A DNA stretch of 64,000 bases from the NCBI GenBank assembly GCA_965200315.1, contig OZ241362.1, forward strand, positions 4,896,001-4,960,000. Reading direction: 5' to 3'. Each line of letters starts with the position of its first letter. Position 1 is the first letter of the stretch. The position numbers and the translations under genes were made by a program. Below are positions 29,707 through 39,798 of this stretch, one piece after another. The notes beneath the pieces were generated by a model. The model saw only the letters and a program-made list of their open reading frames with translations, was not told the DNA's origin and made no database searches. The DNA comes from Candidatus Latescibacterota bacterium. Its GTDB lineage: Bacteria; Latescibacterota; UBA2968; UBA8231.

Positions 29707-30534
29707 ATGTCCAGTCCCATTGCAGCAGGCCGACCGTACTCGCCGGAAGAAACCCAACGCATAATCGAGCAGTTCAACCGCGACGGCTACTATCACTTGG
29801 GGGCCATCCTCGCAGCCGCCGAGGTTGAGGCCCTGCGCGAGGCCATGGCGCGCAAAGTCGCCGATCCCCGCATCCTAAACGACCCAGCCGGCGACCACGT
29901 CCGCGGCATCAGCCTCATGCGTATGTTTGAATATAGCGAGGCATTCCGCGACTTGGTAGTTCGCGAGCCCTTTGCCAGCCTGGCCGAAGCCATCCTCGGA
30001 GACAACTGCCACCTCATGTCGCAAAACGCCCTGTACACCGAACCCGACCCCAGCAAAGTGCCCGACGGCCCCGGCGGCTGGCACCTCGACGATTTGATCC
30101 ACTTTCCCCTGCCCGATGAGGTGGAACAGCACGACCCGCGCATCACCATGCCCTGCTTGGTGCTACAGATATTCACCCCGGTCAGCGATGTGGAAAGCGT
30201 TGAATATGGCCCCACGCAGGTCGTGCCCGGCAGCCACCGCGCCGGCCGCGGGCCCGCCGGGCAAGACAAGCCCACGTTTTGCGGGACGGAACCAGTCTCT
30301 TTGTTCGCCCGAGCTGGCGACGCTTATATGTTCAGCAACCAGCTCTGGCACCGGGGGGCACCCAATGCCTCGGATCGCACTCGCTTCATGGCCGGTGCCA
30401 CGTACAGCAAGCGTTTTATCGCCCAACGTTTCTACCCTTTTATCGACTACCGCATGCCGCCGCAGGTGATGGAGGGTGCCTCGCCCCGGTTGCAACGCTT
30501 GCTCGGCCGCCACGAGAAAGGGGCCTACGGCTGA
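29707..30534 (+). CDS. PhyH family dioxygenase
   Basis: FNRDGY, WHLD, GPTQVVPGSH, LWHRGAPN. Confidence 0.88.
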   Translation: MSSPIAAGRPYSPEETQRIIEQFNRDGYYHLGAILAAAEVEALREAMARKVADPRILNDPAGDHVRGISLMRMFEYSEAFRDLVVREPFASLAEAILGDNCHLMSQNALYTEPDPSKVPDGPGGWHLDDLIHFPLPDEVEQHDPRITMPCLVLQIFTPVSDVESVEYGPTQVVPGSHRAGRGPAGQDKPTFCGTEPVSLFARAGDAYMFSNQLWHRGAPNASDRTRFMAGATYSKRFIAQRFYPFIDYRMPPQVMEGASPRLQRLLGRHEKGAYG

Positions 30535-30544
30535 GGTCAGATTT

Positions 30545-31124
30545 ATGGGCCGCCCCCGGATTTCGATCCTGTTTCGCGCCGTTCTCCTGCTGTTTATGCT
30601 GATGCTCCACGCCAACCAGCCAGCCGCTGCCCTTGAGCGCAGCACCCCCGAGGCTTTGGGCATCTCCAGCCGGGCCATTCTCGGCTTCGTCGATGCCGCC
30701 GAGGGTTCGATTGATGCCCTGCACAGCTTTATGCTGCTACGCGGAGGGAAAGTGGTGGCCGAGGGCTGGTGGTATCCCTATAACCCCGACAGCCCCCATC
30801 GCCTCTATTCTCTGAGCAAGAGCTTCACCTCCACAGCAGTGGGTCTGGCGGTCGAGGAAGGGCTGCTGAGTCTCGACGATCTGGTCCTCGACCACTTTCA
30901 CCAGCGACCATTCTCAACCGGTCGCCGCCAGCGGCGCATGGAGCGCGGACAGCACCTACAAAGTGAGGCTTTGCTTCTACGAGACGCCCTTTCGCTCCCT
31001 GCTGACTTTCCGCTTCGCCGAAGACCGGCTGCTCTTCGACATGGAGTACAATGTCGGCTTTGGGGAGACGAAGTGGGAAGAGCTGACTGCGAGGGCGCAG
31101 ATGGGCGAGGGAGTTGATCCCTGA
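30545..31124 (+). pseudogene. serine hydrolase (class C beta-lactamase fold) with a large internal deletion
   Basis: N-terminus with SLSKSFTSTAVG (SxxK) breaks at about 30900; another frame gives the C-terminal QPVAASGAWSADSTYKVRLCFYETPF...GVDP*. Confidence 0.8.
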
Positions 31125-31186
31125 ACTATGAGACGGGGGGCGGTCTCGAAGATGAGCCTCCGCCTCGCCGGGACAAGGATTTCACC

Positions 31187-32200
31187 ATGAAATTTGGCAT
31201 CATCGGCTGTGGCTCCATAGCCGAGAACTCGTTCGGGCCGAGCCTGCTGGCTTCGGAACGGAACCATCTCGTCGCTGTCTGCCGTCGCGACCTCGAAGCC
31301 GCTAGGGCATTCGCGGCGCGATTTGGTGGCCCGCGTGCCTATAGCTCGGCGGTGGAGTTGGTGCGCGACGACCGGGTGGAGGCTGTCATCGTGTCGACGC
31401 CGACCGATACCCATTGCGACTACACCTGCCTAGCGGCGGAGCACGGAAAGCACGTCTTGTGCGAGAAGCCGATGGCGCGAAACGCCGCCGAGTGTCGCGC
31501 AATGATCGCCGTGTGCCGGGCTCACGGCGTGACCCTAGCGGTCGCCTACCGCCGGCGCACCAGTCCGCAAGTGGTCGCGGCCAAGCGGTTGATCGCTGCG
31601 GGCCGCATCGGCCGGGTCGTTTTCGTGCGCACCCATTACAGCGGGCGCTGGGACCCGGAAGTGGGGGATTGGCGGATCGAACCGGGCATCGGCGGGGCCC
31701 TGATGGAAATGGCGTCGCATCGCATCGAAGTGCTGTTGAACTTCGGCGGTCGGCCGCAGTCGGTGAGCGCCGTGGTCGACGCGGTCGGCCACGACTGGCC
31801 CGTTGATGACACCGACGCCCTGATCGTGCGCTTCGAGGATGGCGGGATCGGCATGCACTCGACAATCCTGACCTCGCCACCGCGCCGCGACTTTGCCCAG
31901 ATCGACGGCGATGGCGGCAGGATACTGATCGACCCTCTGGAGTTGACGGCGGGTCACCTGATTCTGGAGCTACCTGATGGAACGGAGAGGATTGAGGTGG
32001 AGCCGCTGCCAGAGAAGCTGTTCGATCTGCCGATGATTGAGGATTTCGCCGCCGCCGCGGAGCGCGGTGAAAAACCGGTCTGTGACGCGGAGAGCGGATA
32101 CTGGGTGCAGGCGGTTGCCGACGCCGCCCGCGCCTCATCGCGTTCCGGTGCCGCTGTCGCTGTCGAACCGCTAACCGCCGTCGGTCAAGGTCGGGAATAA
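31187..32200 (+). CDS. Gfo/Idh/MocA oxidoreductase
   Basis: FGIIGCGSIA, GKHVLCEKPMA, GGALMEMASH. Confidence 0.92.
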   Translation: MKFGIIGCGSIAENSFGPSLLASERNHLVAVCRRDLEAARAFAARFGGPRAYSSAVELVRDDRVEAVIVSTPTDTHCDYTCLAAEHGKHVLCEKPMARNAAECRAMIAVCRAHGVTLAVAYRRRTSPQVVAAKRLIAAGRIGRVVFVRTHYSGRWDPEVGDWRIEPGIGGALMEMASHRIEVLLNFGGRPQSVSAVVDAVGHDWPVDDTDALIVRFEDGGIGMHSTILTSPPRRDFAQIDGDGGRILIDPLELTAGHLILELPDGTERIEVEPLPEKLFDLPMIEDFAAAAERGEKPVCDAESGYWVQAVADAARASSRSGAAVAVEPLTAVGQGRE

Positions 32201-32204
32201 GGCG

Positions 32205-33293
32205 CTATTGTTGGTGCTCAGCGATGGCGCGGACTTCGGCGGACCAATCCCGCCAGATGTCGCCGTTGGTGTTGTCCACTACGAGTGGGTCGGGGAGGGA
32301 TGCCGGCGTTTTGAGGAAACCGTAGATGGTTGCTTGGCGGATGACGTCGGTAGATAAATTCTGCCCGGCCATGTGCAAAATTTTGGTGTGCCACAAGACC
32401 ACTGTGCCAGCGGGTCCGTGGCAATCGAAAGGCTCGGTATCACCCTTGATGCGTTGGATGACGGGGTCGTTGTAGCCGCCGGCTTTGCGTTTTGCCAAGT
32501 GTTTGTCCGTGTGCTTTTCACCGGCGAGGAAGGCCTCCCACTGCTCGCGCCAGATCCGGCTGTGGCTGCCCGGCCACACGGTGAAGCCCCCGGAGTTGGG
32601 CGGCAGGTCGTCGATGTAAGCCGACATTTGCAGTCGCCAGCGGCCGTAGCAGGCACCGTCGGAGTGGGCACTGCGATATTCCGGCCCGGGAGACGGGCTG
32701 TTGGGCAGGGTGCAATACAAGCCGCGCGTCCCTTGGCCGTTGAGCCACACCGGCCCGGTTTTGGGCAGGCGCAGTGCTTCCTCGGTGGTGAAGGACCCTT
32801 TCTCTGGCCATCTCTCGATCTCTTTGCCCAAATGGGTGGCTAGCCCTCCCATCGCGTCGTCGCACAGGAAGCACGGCCCCGTCGTGATGCCCGCGTCATC
32901 CTCGCCAGCGGGCCACACCACCGTACCCTCACCAAGCAATTGCTCGGCGACTTGCCACAAGGCCCGGGGGGCCAAGTCGAGCATGAACTGTTCAGCGCCG
33001 TTGCGGACGTAGAAGCGGTGGCCGCTGCCGGCGAAATAGGGATCGCCGCCGATTGCGGGCCGCTGCGCGTTGAGCGCGGCGCTTTCTTCCTCGGTGAGCG
33101 GCCCCCAAGTGGCGGGGTCGTCTCGCTTCAGGCGAGGCAGATGGGTGGCAATCGCGGCCCACATGGCGTCTCTGGCCTGGCGGCAGAGTGCGGGGTCGAG
33201 CACGGCGGGGAGCACGAGGAATCCGTCGCGCTTGAACTGGGCTATCTGGCTCGCTGTCAGGAGCGGGATGGGGGTGGTTGGTGTTGGTTGCAT
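32205..33293 (-). CDS. PhyH family dioxygenase
   Basis: QIAQFKRDGFL, AHSDG, GGFTVWPGSH, LWH..ILHMAGQN. Confidence 0.85.
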   Translation of the reverse strand: MQPTPTTPIPLLTASQIAQFKRDGFLVLPAVLDPALCRQARDAMWAAIATHLPRLKRDDPATWGPLTEEESAALNAQRPAIGGDPYFAGSGHRFYVRNGAEQFMLDLAPRALWQVAEQLLGEGTVVWPAGEDDAGITTGPCFLCDDAMGGLATHLGKEIERWPEKGSFTTEEALRLPKTGPVWLNGQGTRGLYCTLPNSPSPGPEYRSAHSDGACYGRWRLQMSAYIDDLPPNSGGFTVWPGSHSRIWREQWEAFLAGEKHTDKHLAKRKAGGYNDPVIQRIKGDTEPFDCHGPAGTVVLWHTKILHMAGQNLSTDVIRQATIYGFLKTPASLPDPLVVDNTNGDIWRDWSAEVRAIAEHQQ

Positions 33294-33410
33294 TGTTCTG
33301 ACCGTCGGTTGGGGTGAGGTGTAGGCGTTACAAAGGGCCTTTTGGGGTTTGGTCGAGCGGCGTCTATAGTTGATGGTGAGGCGGCGCACACGTCCAACCC
33401 TACCATTGGA

Positions 33411-34030
33411 TCACGGAGTCTGCACCTGAGCAAATCTGGTTCGGACATACTCTTTAGCATCATCGGGTGATAGCTTCACGGTTCTCGGACCGCTGCGCAC
33501 AAAGAAGTCGCCTTCCGCTGCCGTCTCGACTCCCTTCCAAGTGAGGAAGACAGGTTCTGGGCTCCGCTGGCAGCTCACCACGCAGACACTCTTGCCATCG
33601 ACGATTTGTATCTTGGGGTCGATGCACGTCCCGGCGCGGTTGCCAAGTCCGCTGCGCACGGCCTGCGCGAGATGGAGCATGAATTTGTCATCGTTGTCGA
33701 GCCGATCGCGTTCGATACCAACGACGGTACCGTTGTCAGCCACGCCGAGCAGAAGATCCCCGCCCTCCGTGTTCAAGAACGCCGCGATGGTCTTGAGCGA
33801 AGCATGAGTGATGCGCCTACCGTCCTTGCGGTCCTCCTTGAGGTTCCAGCGTAGCGTTGACTTGAACTCTAGGGTTTTCGACTCGCCTTGTTTGATGAGT
33901 TCCTCGGCGTTGCGTTGGCTGCGGAGATATTGGTCAAAGAGGAGGTTCTTGAATTCCGCTCCGAAGGCGCGATCGTCGGTGATGCGCTTGTACAGATCAA
34001 AGTTGGAATCGACGATCTCTTGGATCACTC
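33411..34030 (-). pseudogene. C-terminal remnant of a probable type I restriction subunit R fused to a Schlafen/AlbA_2 domain
   Basis: FDLYKRITDD..F...LFDQY then ELIKQGESKTLEFKSTLRW...KTIAAFLNTEGGDLLLGVADNG...FFVRSG; no own start. Confidence 0.65.
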
Positions 34031-34622
34031 CGATTCCAGCCGGTCGAGGGCGCGCCGAGCCGTGGTATAGGCGACTGCTAGCCTTGGCGCAATTTCGCGT
34101 GCGGTCCAAAAGGGGTTTTCGACAAAAAGCTCCAATACCTTCTCCGATTGCCCCGACTGCATCCCGGCGAGTTGCGCCGACCCATGCTGAAACAATTCGT
34201 CGATGCGTTGGCTGCGGCCAATAGCGTCCTCGGCCTGGAGTGCCACCCCACGCAGGAAGTATGTCAGCCACTCCTCCGAACTCTAACGCGACGACGTAGT
34301 TGGAGACCTCGCGCAAATCAGCGGAGCTTTGCTCGACCTTGGCCCCGGCCTGTGCGGCAAGCAGTTCGCCTAGGGTTGTCTGTGTGCCTTCAATGCGGCT
34401 GGAGAGCACGGCTTCCCAGCGCAGGAATAGCCTGATGAAAAGGTGCGGATTTGGCAGCCGCCGACCTTCGCCCGCGAGCCGGCCTATTGCTTGGTCGGCG
34501 CGGGAGAGCGCGGCGATTAGGGCTTCGTCCCAAGCAATTGGTGGCGGTAGGGGTGCCGGGACGTAGGCTCGATGGCCGCTCGGACATTGGGGTCGGCGTG
34601 TCCCATTAATGCTAGGAGGCAC
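34025..34622 (-). pseudogene. Fic family protein lacking the catalytic core
   Basis: N-terminal YVPAPLPP, EAVLSSRIEGT, EVSNY; frameshifted C-terminal EEWLTYFLRGV...HTH (TAREIA..L.VAY.TARRALDRL); no HPFxDGNGR. Confidence 0.8.
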
Positions 34623-34630
34623 AATGTTCC

Positions 34631-34703
34631 CTTATTTTCGGGTATGAAAATAAGAATGGCTCTTATTATCGTTGATGCTGTAATACGATAATAAGAGCCA
34701 TTC
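34631..34703. promoter_or_regulatory. two adjacent perfect inverted repeats upstream of fic
   Basis: CTTATTTTC-N6-GAAAATAAG (34631-34654) and GAATGGCTCTTATTATCGT-N12-ACGATAATAAGAGCCATTC (34654-34703). Confidence 0.75.
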
Positions 34704-34749
34704 GACTATGAAATCGCAAGCACTCACGTCCGCTCTCGGTTATCAGCGC

Positions 34750-35763
34750 TCAAACGCCACCAGCGTCGGTAAGCAGATCGACGACCGCCGAGAGCCGATC
34801 CCGGTCTTTGACCTTGGAGCGCAACGCAGTCGCCAGCGGCGTTGCGCCCTTGTCGTCCTTGGCGTTTACCGCGGCCCCGCGGTTGAGCAGCAAGGCGACG
34901 ATTGGCCCGAACCCTGCTTTGGCGGCGCAGTGCAAGGCCGTCTGGCCCTTGTGGTTTTTGACGTTGACGTCGGCCCCGGCGTCGAGCAGGTCGCGCACGC
35001 GCTGGACATTGCCGCCGCGGTCGCCGCGCGACTGGAAGACAAGAGGCGGCCAGCCGCCCTCGGCGTGGTCCACATCCACGGCGACGCCGCGAGCGGTCAA
35101 CAACTCGATGATCTCGGCATTGACGATGCCGGCACGAGGGGCCTCGGCGTGGGTCGGATCGGCCCCGGCGTCGAGCAGGGCCTTGAGGATGTCGGCGCGA
35201 TCGCGCCACACGGCAAAGCGAATCAGTGCGCCACTGTACGGCCGCGGATCAGCACCCCGCGCCAACAGCAGCGCGACGATGGCGAGGTGCCCGGCGCTGA
35301 CTGCGTAGTGCAAGGCCGTCATGCGCTGGCTGGAATCGTGCTGGGCTTTCTCGGCTGTTGCCAGCTCTGGTTCGCGGTCGAGGTAACAGGCGACGGCGTC
35401 GCTTTCGCCGAGAAAGGCAGCGGTGTAAATATCAGTCGCGGCACCGCGGGTTAGCAGCCGGTCGGCGACCGCGTGGTGCCGCTTGTAACGGGCGGCGCAG
35501 TAGGGGGAGATTTCGACCAGCAGCGGCGTGAAGTGACAGCCGCAGGCGTGGATGTCAGCGCCGCGATCGAGCAGGTAATCGACCATGGCGAGCCGTCCCC
35601 GGTAGGCCGCTTCCCACAACATGGTGCGGCCGTGCGAACCGACGCGGCCAATCCACGCTGGTTGCTGCGCCAATACCGCTTGGACCGTTTGCAGGTCGCC
35701 GCGCCCGGCCGCCGCGACCGCGACCTTGAGGAAATCACTAATTTTTCCCGGCAGCATCGACAT
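34750..35763 (-). CDS. ankyrin-repeat protein
   Basis: GRTMLWEAA, TALHYAV..GH..IVALLLARGAD, GQTALHCAA, GATPL. Confidence 0.92.
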   Translation of the reverse strand: MSMLPGKISDFLKVAVAAAGRGDLQTVQAVLAQQPAWIGRVGSHGRTMLWEAAYRGRLAMVDYLLDRGADIHACGCHFTPLLVEISPYCAARYKRHHAVADRLLTRGAATDIYTAAFLGESDAVACYLDREPELATAEKAQHDSSQRMTALHYAVSAGHLAIVALLLARGADPRPYSGALIRFAVWRDRADILKALLDAGADPTHAEAPRAGIVNAEIIELLTARGVAVDVDHAEGGWPPLVFQSRGDRGGNVQRVRDLLDAGADVNVKNHKGQTALHCAAKAGFGPIVALLLNRGAAVNAKDDKGATPLATALRSKVKDRDRLSAVVDLLTDAGGV

Positions 35764-35775
35764 CGTCGCCTGACC

Positions 35776-37146
35776 TTATGGGCTATAGTAGTTCCAAGTC
35801 ATCTTGCTGCGGCGGTAGTGGCCTTGCGACCACAGGCGCGGACGATCTGCACTTAGATTCTCGGCCTCGTTGAAGTAGATGCGGAGTTGGTTGCCGTGCA
35901 AGACGATCAGCTCTTCGCGCCAATCTCCGGCCACATCGGCGACATAGAGCCGGTCGGCTTTTTCCGCGAAGCGGTGAAGAAACCGTCCATCAAGCGGATC
36001 GAAGATGCCAATATCGCCGGCGGTATGGCGCTCTTTGGCTGCGGCAAGCTGTTTGCGCTCGCCCGTCCAATCGATCTTGTGGATGACCTCAACGCCTCTT
36101 GCGGTCCAGCCTTCGGGTGCTACATCGTCCATTTGGTACTCCGCGATTTGCTCGCCTTGTGAGTCAAAAATGAAAGGTTGCTGGTGCTCGTTATAGCGGC
36201 TCCGACACCATATCTCCAGGCCCGGCCGCTCGAGATCGAACTCGCCGACCGCCGCATTCTGGGGTTCTTGATGGCGAAAGTGCGTTGCCCAGAAGAGTTG
36301 TTCGTGGTTGTAGAGGAAAACGCGATTGCCGCCCCCTTCCTCCAAGGCGACGATTTCCAAGCCCGGTACATTGGGTAACACTTCGTAGATGAAGATCGAG
36401 TCGATGTGCCCGCGCAGGGGAATTTGCAGTAGAATGTCGCCACCGGCAGAGACGACCGTAGCACCGATTACCTCGTCTTGCCCATCTCCATTCAGATCGG
36501 CCAGCCGCGCGCCGTTGTGGGCGCAGGAGACGAAATCATCGCGTTCCCACAGAGGGACAAAATGGCCGCGCCGGAGGTCGTCTAGCGCGTAAGCTGCTAG
36601 AAAGCGACCTATGCGGTAGGCTTCGTCATGGGTGGCTTGGAGGAGTAGATCGCGATCGCCCGCGCCGCGGAAATTGGCGACGACCAAATGCTCCCAGCGT
36701 TGGACGCCTTGGGGGATGGGCGGCTTGACGGTCCACTGCCCGCGCCCTGTGGTGCCATCGACTACGTGGAGGGTGCCATCGCGAGTAAGGAACAGCACTT
36801 CGGTTTGTTTATCGCCGTCAATGTCTGCGGCCTGAACACCTGGACCGTGATGGCCGGGTAGGCCGACGCGCTCTGAGGAGCCGCCTACACAGAGGTCGGT
36901 TTCGAGGACCCAGAGCTTGCGGCCATCGTGGGCATGAGCCGTGATATAATTGGGAACGGTGACCAAGTAATCCATGCGCCCATCCCCATTCAGATCGGCG
37001 ACAATGAGGCCGCCGGCCGAATCCGTAGGGCCGGGGATGTCTAAGTGGATGACGAATGGGTTTACGGGGTATGCAGGCCACGGCGACCGGATGTTCCCGG
37101 TGGTGGAACAACTGGCTAGGATTAACAGCGGCAGGAGGAGTTGCAA
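35776..37146 (-). CDS. FG-GAP/rhamnogalacturonan-lyase-like beta-propeller lipoprotein
   Basis: Lipobox LASC; repeated ADLNGDG.D, ADIDGD...EV, ADVAGDWREEL. Confidence 0.75.
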   Translation of the reverse strand: MQLLLPLLILASCSTTGNIRSPWPAYPVNPFVIHLDIPGPTDSAGGLIVADLNGDGRMDYLVTVPNYITAHAHDGRKLWVLETDLCVGGSSERVGLPGHHGPGVQAADIDGDKQTEVLFLTRDGTLHVVDGTTGRGQWTVKPPIPQGVQRWEHLVVANFRGAGDRDLLLQATHDEAYRIGRFLAAYALDDLRRGHFVPLWERDDFVSCAHNGARLADLNGDGQDEVIGATVVSAGGDILLQIPLRGHIDSIFIYEVLPNVPGLEIVALEEGGGNRVFLYNHEQLFWATHFRHQEPQNAAVGEFDLERPGLEIWCRSRYNEHQQPFIFDSQGEQIAEYQMDDVAPEGWTARGVEVIHKIDWTGERKQLAAAKERHTAGDIGIFDPLDGRFLHRFAEKADRLYVADVAGDWREELIVLHGNQLRIYFNEAENLSADRPRLWSQGHYRRSKMTWNYYSP

Positions 37147-37149
37147 TGC

Positions 37150-38082
37150 TTAGACCCCGTTTGAGCGGGCGCAGGCCACGGCGACAATGGCAGCGGGTGC
37201 GCGCCAAAACGCAGACCAACTCTCGCCCCTATCCTCGCTGCGATAGAGCTGATCCTCGACAGCAGCCCAAGCAACTCCCGCCGAGTCAAAGGCGAGTTGG
37301 AAGGTGTCGATGTTGCCCCTGACTTCGGGGAAGCCAGCGAGTGCCCGGGCCCAAGTGCGGCCAGCGTCGTGCGAAAAGTAGAGCTTGCCTTGCACATCGC
37401 CGCCATGACCGGGCCCTTTGCTGACGCTGGCCAACAGGCAGTCGGGATCGTGCGGGTGGACGGCCACGGCGCGGCCATAGCGGTTTGCCAATCCCTCCGG
37501 CCGATGCTCCCAAGAGAGGCCGTAGTCGTCGCTGACAAAGACCGCGTCCGCGGTGTTGGCGTACAAGCGTCCTGCGCGGCTAGGGGCGGTGGCCACCTGA
37601 TGCACATCGGCGTGCAAGCTCGGTGTCACCGGCTCCCAGGTAGCGCCGCGGTCGGGCGAGCGCATGATGCTGCCGACGTGGATATCGGCAAAAACCCAGT
37701 CGCCACTGCATGCCACGCTGCGCACGGCTGGCGGACCACCCCAAGGCGTGTACCAGCTCTGGCGGCATTCCAGCGCGTCAAAGGATTCTAGCCGGTGCGC
37801 TGGCTCGTGGCCGTTGAGACAATACACGTGGGGCGGCTCAGTGCCCAGCAGCACTTGCAGCGGCTCTTCGGACAGCAGGGCGATGCACTCGACTAAGTCG
37901 CCGATGCTGGTGGCCTGCGGTTGGGCTTGACCATGGGTTAAAACGACTACTTGGCCGTCGGCCAGACCAACGGCGGAACAACGGACGCCCTCGTCTAGGC
38001 AGCGAATGCCGTCCGTGGCCAAGCGCTGCGTGGGCGTGCCATTCTCTACAGTGAAGACCTGATTGCTGGTGGCTATGAGCAT
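37150..38082 (-). CDS. BNR/Asp-box beta-propeller protein
   Basis: Four Asp-boxes: SPDRGATW, SDDYGLSW, SHDAGRTW, SEDRGESW. Confidence 0.85.
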   Translation of the reverse strand: MLIATSNQVFTVENGTPTQRLATDGIRCLDEGVRCSAVGLADGQVVVLTHGQAQPQATSIGDLVECIALLSEEPLQVLLGTEPPHVYCLNGHEPAHRLESFDALECRQSWYTPWGGPPAVRSVACSGDWVFADIHVGSIMRSPDRGATWEPVTPSLHADVHQVATAPSRAGRLYANTADAVFVSDDYGLSWEHRPEGLANRYGRAVAVHPHDPDCLLASVSKGPGHGGDVQGKLYFSHDAGRTWARALAGFPEVRGNIDTFQLAFDSAGVAWAAVEDQLYRSEDRGESWSAFWRAPAAIVAVACARSNGV

Positions 38083-38115
38083 GGTAGTTCTCCTGACGTT
38101 GGTCTTACAAAAGCC

Positions 38116-38160
38116 AAACCCGCCGACGCATGGCATAGAGCGCATGGTGCCGGCGGGTTT
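38116..38160. terminator. intergenic hairpin, possible terminator
   Basis: AAACCCGCCG ... CGGCGGGTTT arms around a long loop, with T-rich flanks. Confidence 0.35.
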
Positions 38161-38279
38161 TGTGGCAGCCTGTTAAGCCGTATGAAAGCGATAGCTGCTA
38201 ACCCTGTCAAGGCCGCATCGTGCATTTCTCGACGACTTGGGCCTTGCACAAATGCAGGCCGATAATTTGACGCACCGTT

Positions 38280-39569
38280 TCAGTGCTTGAAGTCGTATTC
38301 CATCAGCTCGGCAGTGCCCTGCCATACGATACCATTGTGTCCCAGCCGACGTGCTTCGGCGACGATGCGGTCGATTGCCTCTGGTGGCCAACCCTCTCCG
38401 TGGATAATCGGATAGGAAGGCATGTCCGCCGGCAGGTACAGTTTGGCCTTCACCAGATCCCGCAAAACCAAATTGGCCGTGGGAATCCGATAGGCCAGCG
38501 TCGCCGGTTCGTCAGCACCGTATGCGGCTATGGTCTCTGGCAACCCCATGCCGTCGTACCCCGTAAAGCGATAGACAAGCTGTAGCGCATCCTCTTCCTG
38601 CAGGTTGGGAATTTCTTCCTGTAGAAAGCGGGCCCACTCGATGAACGTGTTGCAGACAAAGGCGGAAATGTGGGACACTAGCGGGCTAGCAAAATCGGCC
38701 ATCTCACCCCAGCGCCGATAATCGTGGCCCGCCATCAGGGCCATGGAGGCCGGGTAGGTGTCGGTGCCAAAAGACTTGTTAGGGGCCGCCGCGTGTACCG
38801 CTGCCCGAAAACGCGCCAGATTGCGCACGATCAGGTCGCAGCGGAAGCGGACCCAGTCGAGTACCCCCGACCGCAGACCGAGCGCGTGGACCACATCGAA
38901 GAAACCAATCCCGAGACGGACTACCTCGCCGAGGCGAGCACCGTCGAGCTGGCGCAGGCCCTCCCGGGCATGCTGCAAGTCCTCGACCATCGCTTCCATG
39001 TCGTAACCCAGCTCTTGGGCGGCGGCGGTGCAAGAAGAGCAGGTGCAGCCAAAAAGCCCCAGGGGAAAACTGCCCATCGGATAGCGGAAGTGGGTGATGT
39101 CGAGCGCGTCGAGATCGTACTGAGTCGCCCAATACACGCACACGGCCTCGATCCAGTCTTGCACATCCTGCCGCGATGGACAGAACATGAGACGGCGGAT
39201 CGTCCAAGCTCCTCCGTACGTCCACACGTTCAGTCCGGCCTCCTTGAGCTGTCCCACAGCCTTTCTGAATGTTTTGTCGTCGCCTTGGGCCGCAACGCCG
39301 GGACCGCACAGGGCTTGGGCCTGCTGGTATTCCCGCGGGTCTATGGGCCGACCATCGAAATGCCGTATAACGAGCTGGCCCAGTTCCGCTTCTGTCGGCG
39401 TGCGACCTCCATAGGGACTGAGGGCGAGCACCTCTTCCGATAGCTGGCCCGTAAAGGAGAGAACCACTGTATTCAGGCCGATCTCATCGCGCAGTCGCTC
39501 GACATAATCGGGGTATTTGAGGACCTCATTCGTGGTCAGATAAATTCCCGTGAGCCAAGTATTGGTCAT
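38280..39569 (-). CDS. hypothetical protein, glycoside-hydrolase-like TIM barrel
   Basis: FCPSRQDVQDW, DALDITHFRY, CTCSSC, WVRFR pattern typical of GH-like barrels; AAGGA RBS. Confidence 0.6.
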   Translation of the reverse strand: MTNTWLTGIYLTTNEVLKYPDYVERLRDEIGLNTVVLSFTGQLSEEVLALSPYGGRTPTEAELGQLVIRHFDGRPIDPREYQQAQALCGPGVAAQGDDKTFRKAVGQLKEAGLNVWTYGGAWTIRRLMFCPSRQDVQDWIEAVCVYWATQYDLDALDITHFRYPMGSFPLGLFGCTCSSCTAAAQELGYDMEAMVEDLQHAREGLRQLDGARLGEVVRLGIGFFDVVHALGLRSGVLDWVRFRCDLIVRNLARFRAAVHAAAPNKSFGTDTYPASMALMAGHDYRRWGEMADFASPLVSHISAFVCNTFIEWARFLQEEIPNLQEEDALQLVYRFTGYDGMGLPETIAAYGADEPATLAYRIPTANLVLRDLVKAKLYLPADMPSYPIIHGEGWPPEAIDRIVAEARRLGHNGIVWQGTAELMEYDFKH

Positions 39570-39720
39570 TTGTTTCCTTTCTCTGGGGAGTCGTAGCGAA
39601 TCCACATCCGTCGTTGAACTCGAAATAATTGATTTTTATAGCTGACTATATATGCGGTTACAGAAAACAGCACAAGGGAGATATTCGACGGCCTGCGCTA
39701 GATCGCGTCCCGCCAGCATT

Positions 39721-39748
39721 TTGACGCTGATACAAGGCTTGGTATCTT
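39721..39748 (+). promoter_or_regulatory. sigma70-type promoter candidate
   Basis: TTGACG-N16-TATCTT with TG extension upstream of ATG 39799. Confidence 0.45.
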
Positions 39749-39798
39749 CCTTGCCAAACTACGCCTTTTCCCAATCATCCCCTAACCGGAGCCTCGCC

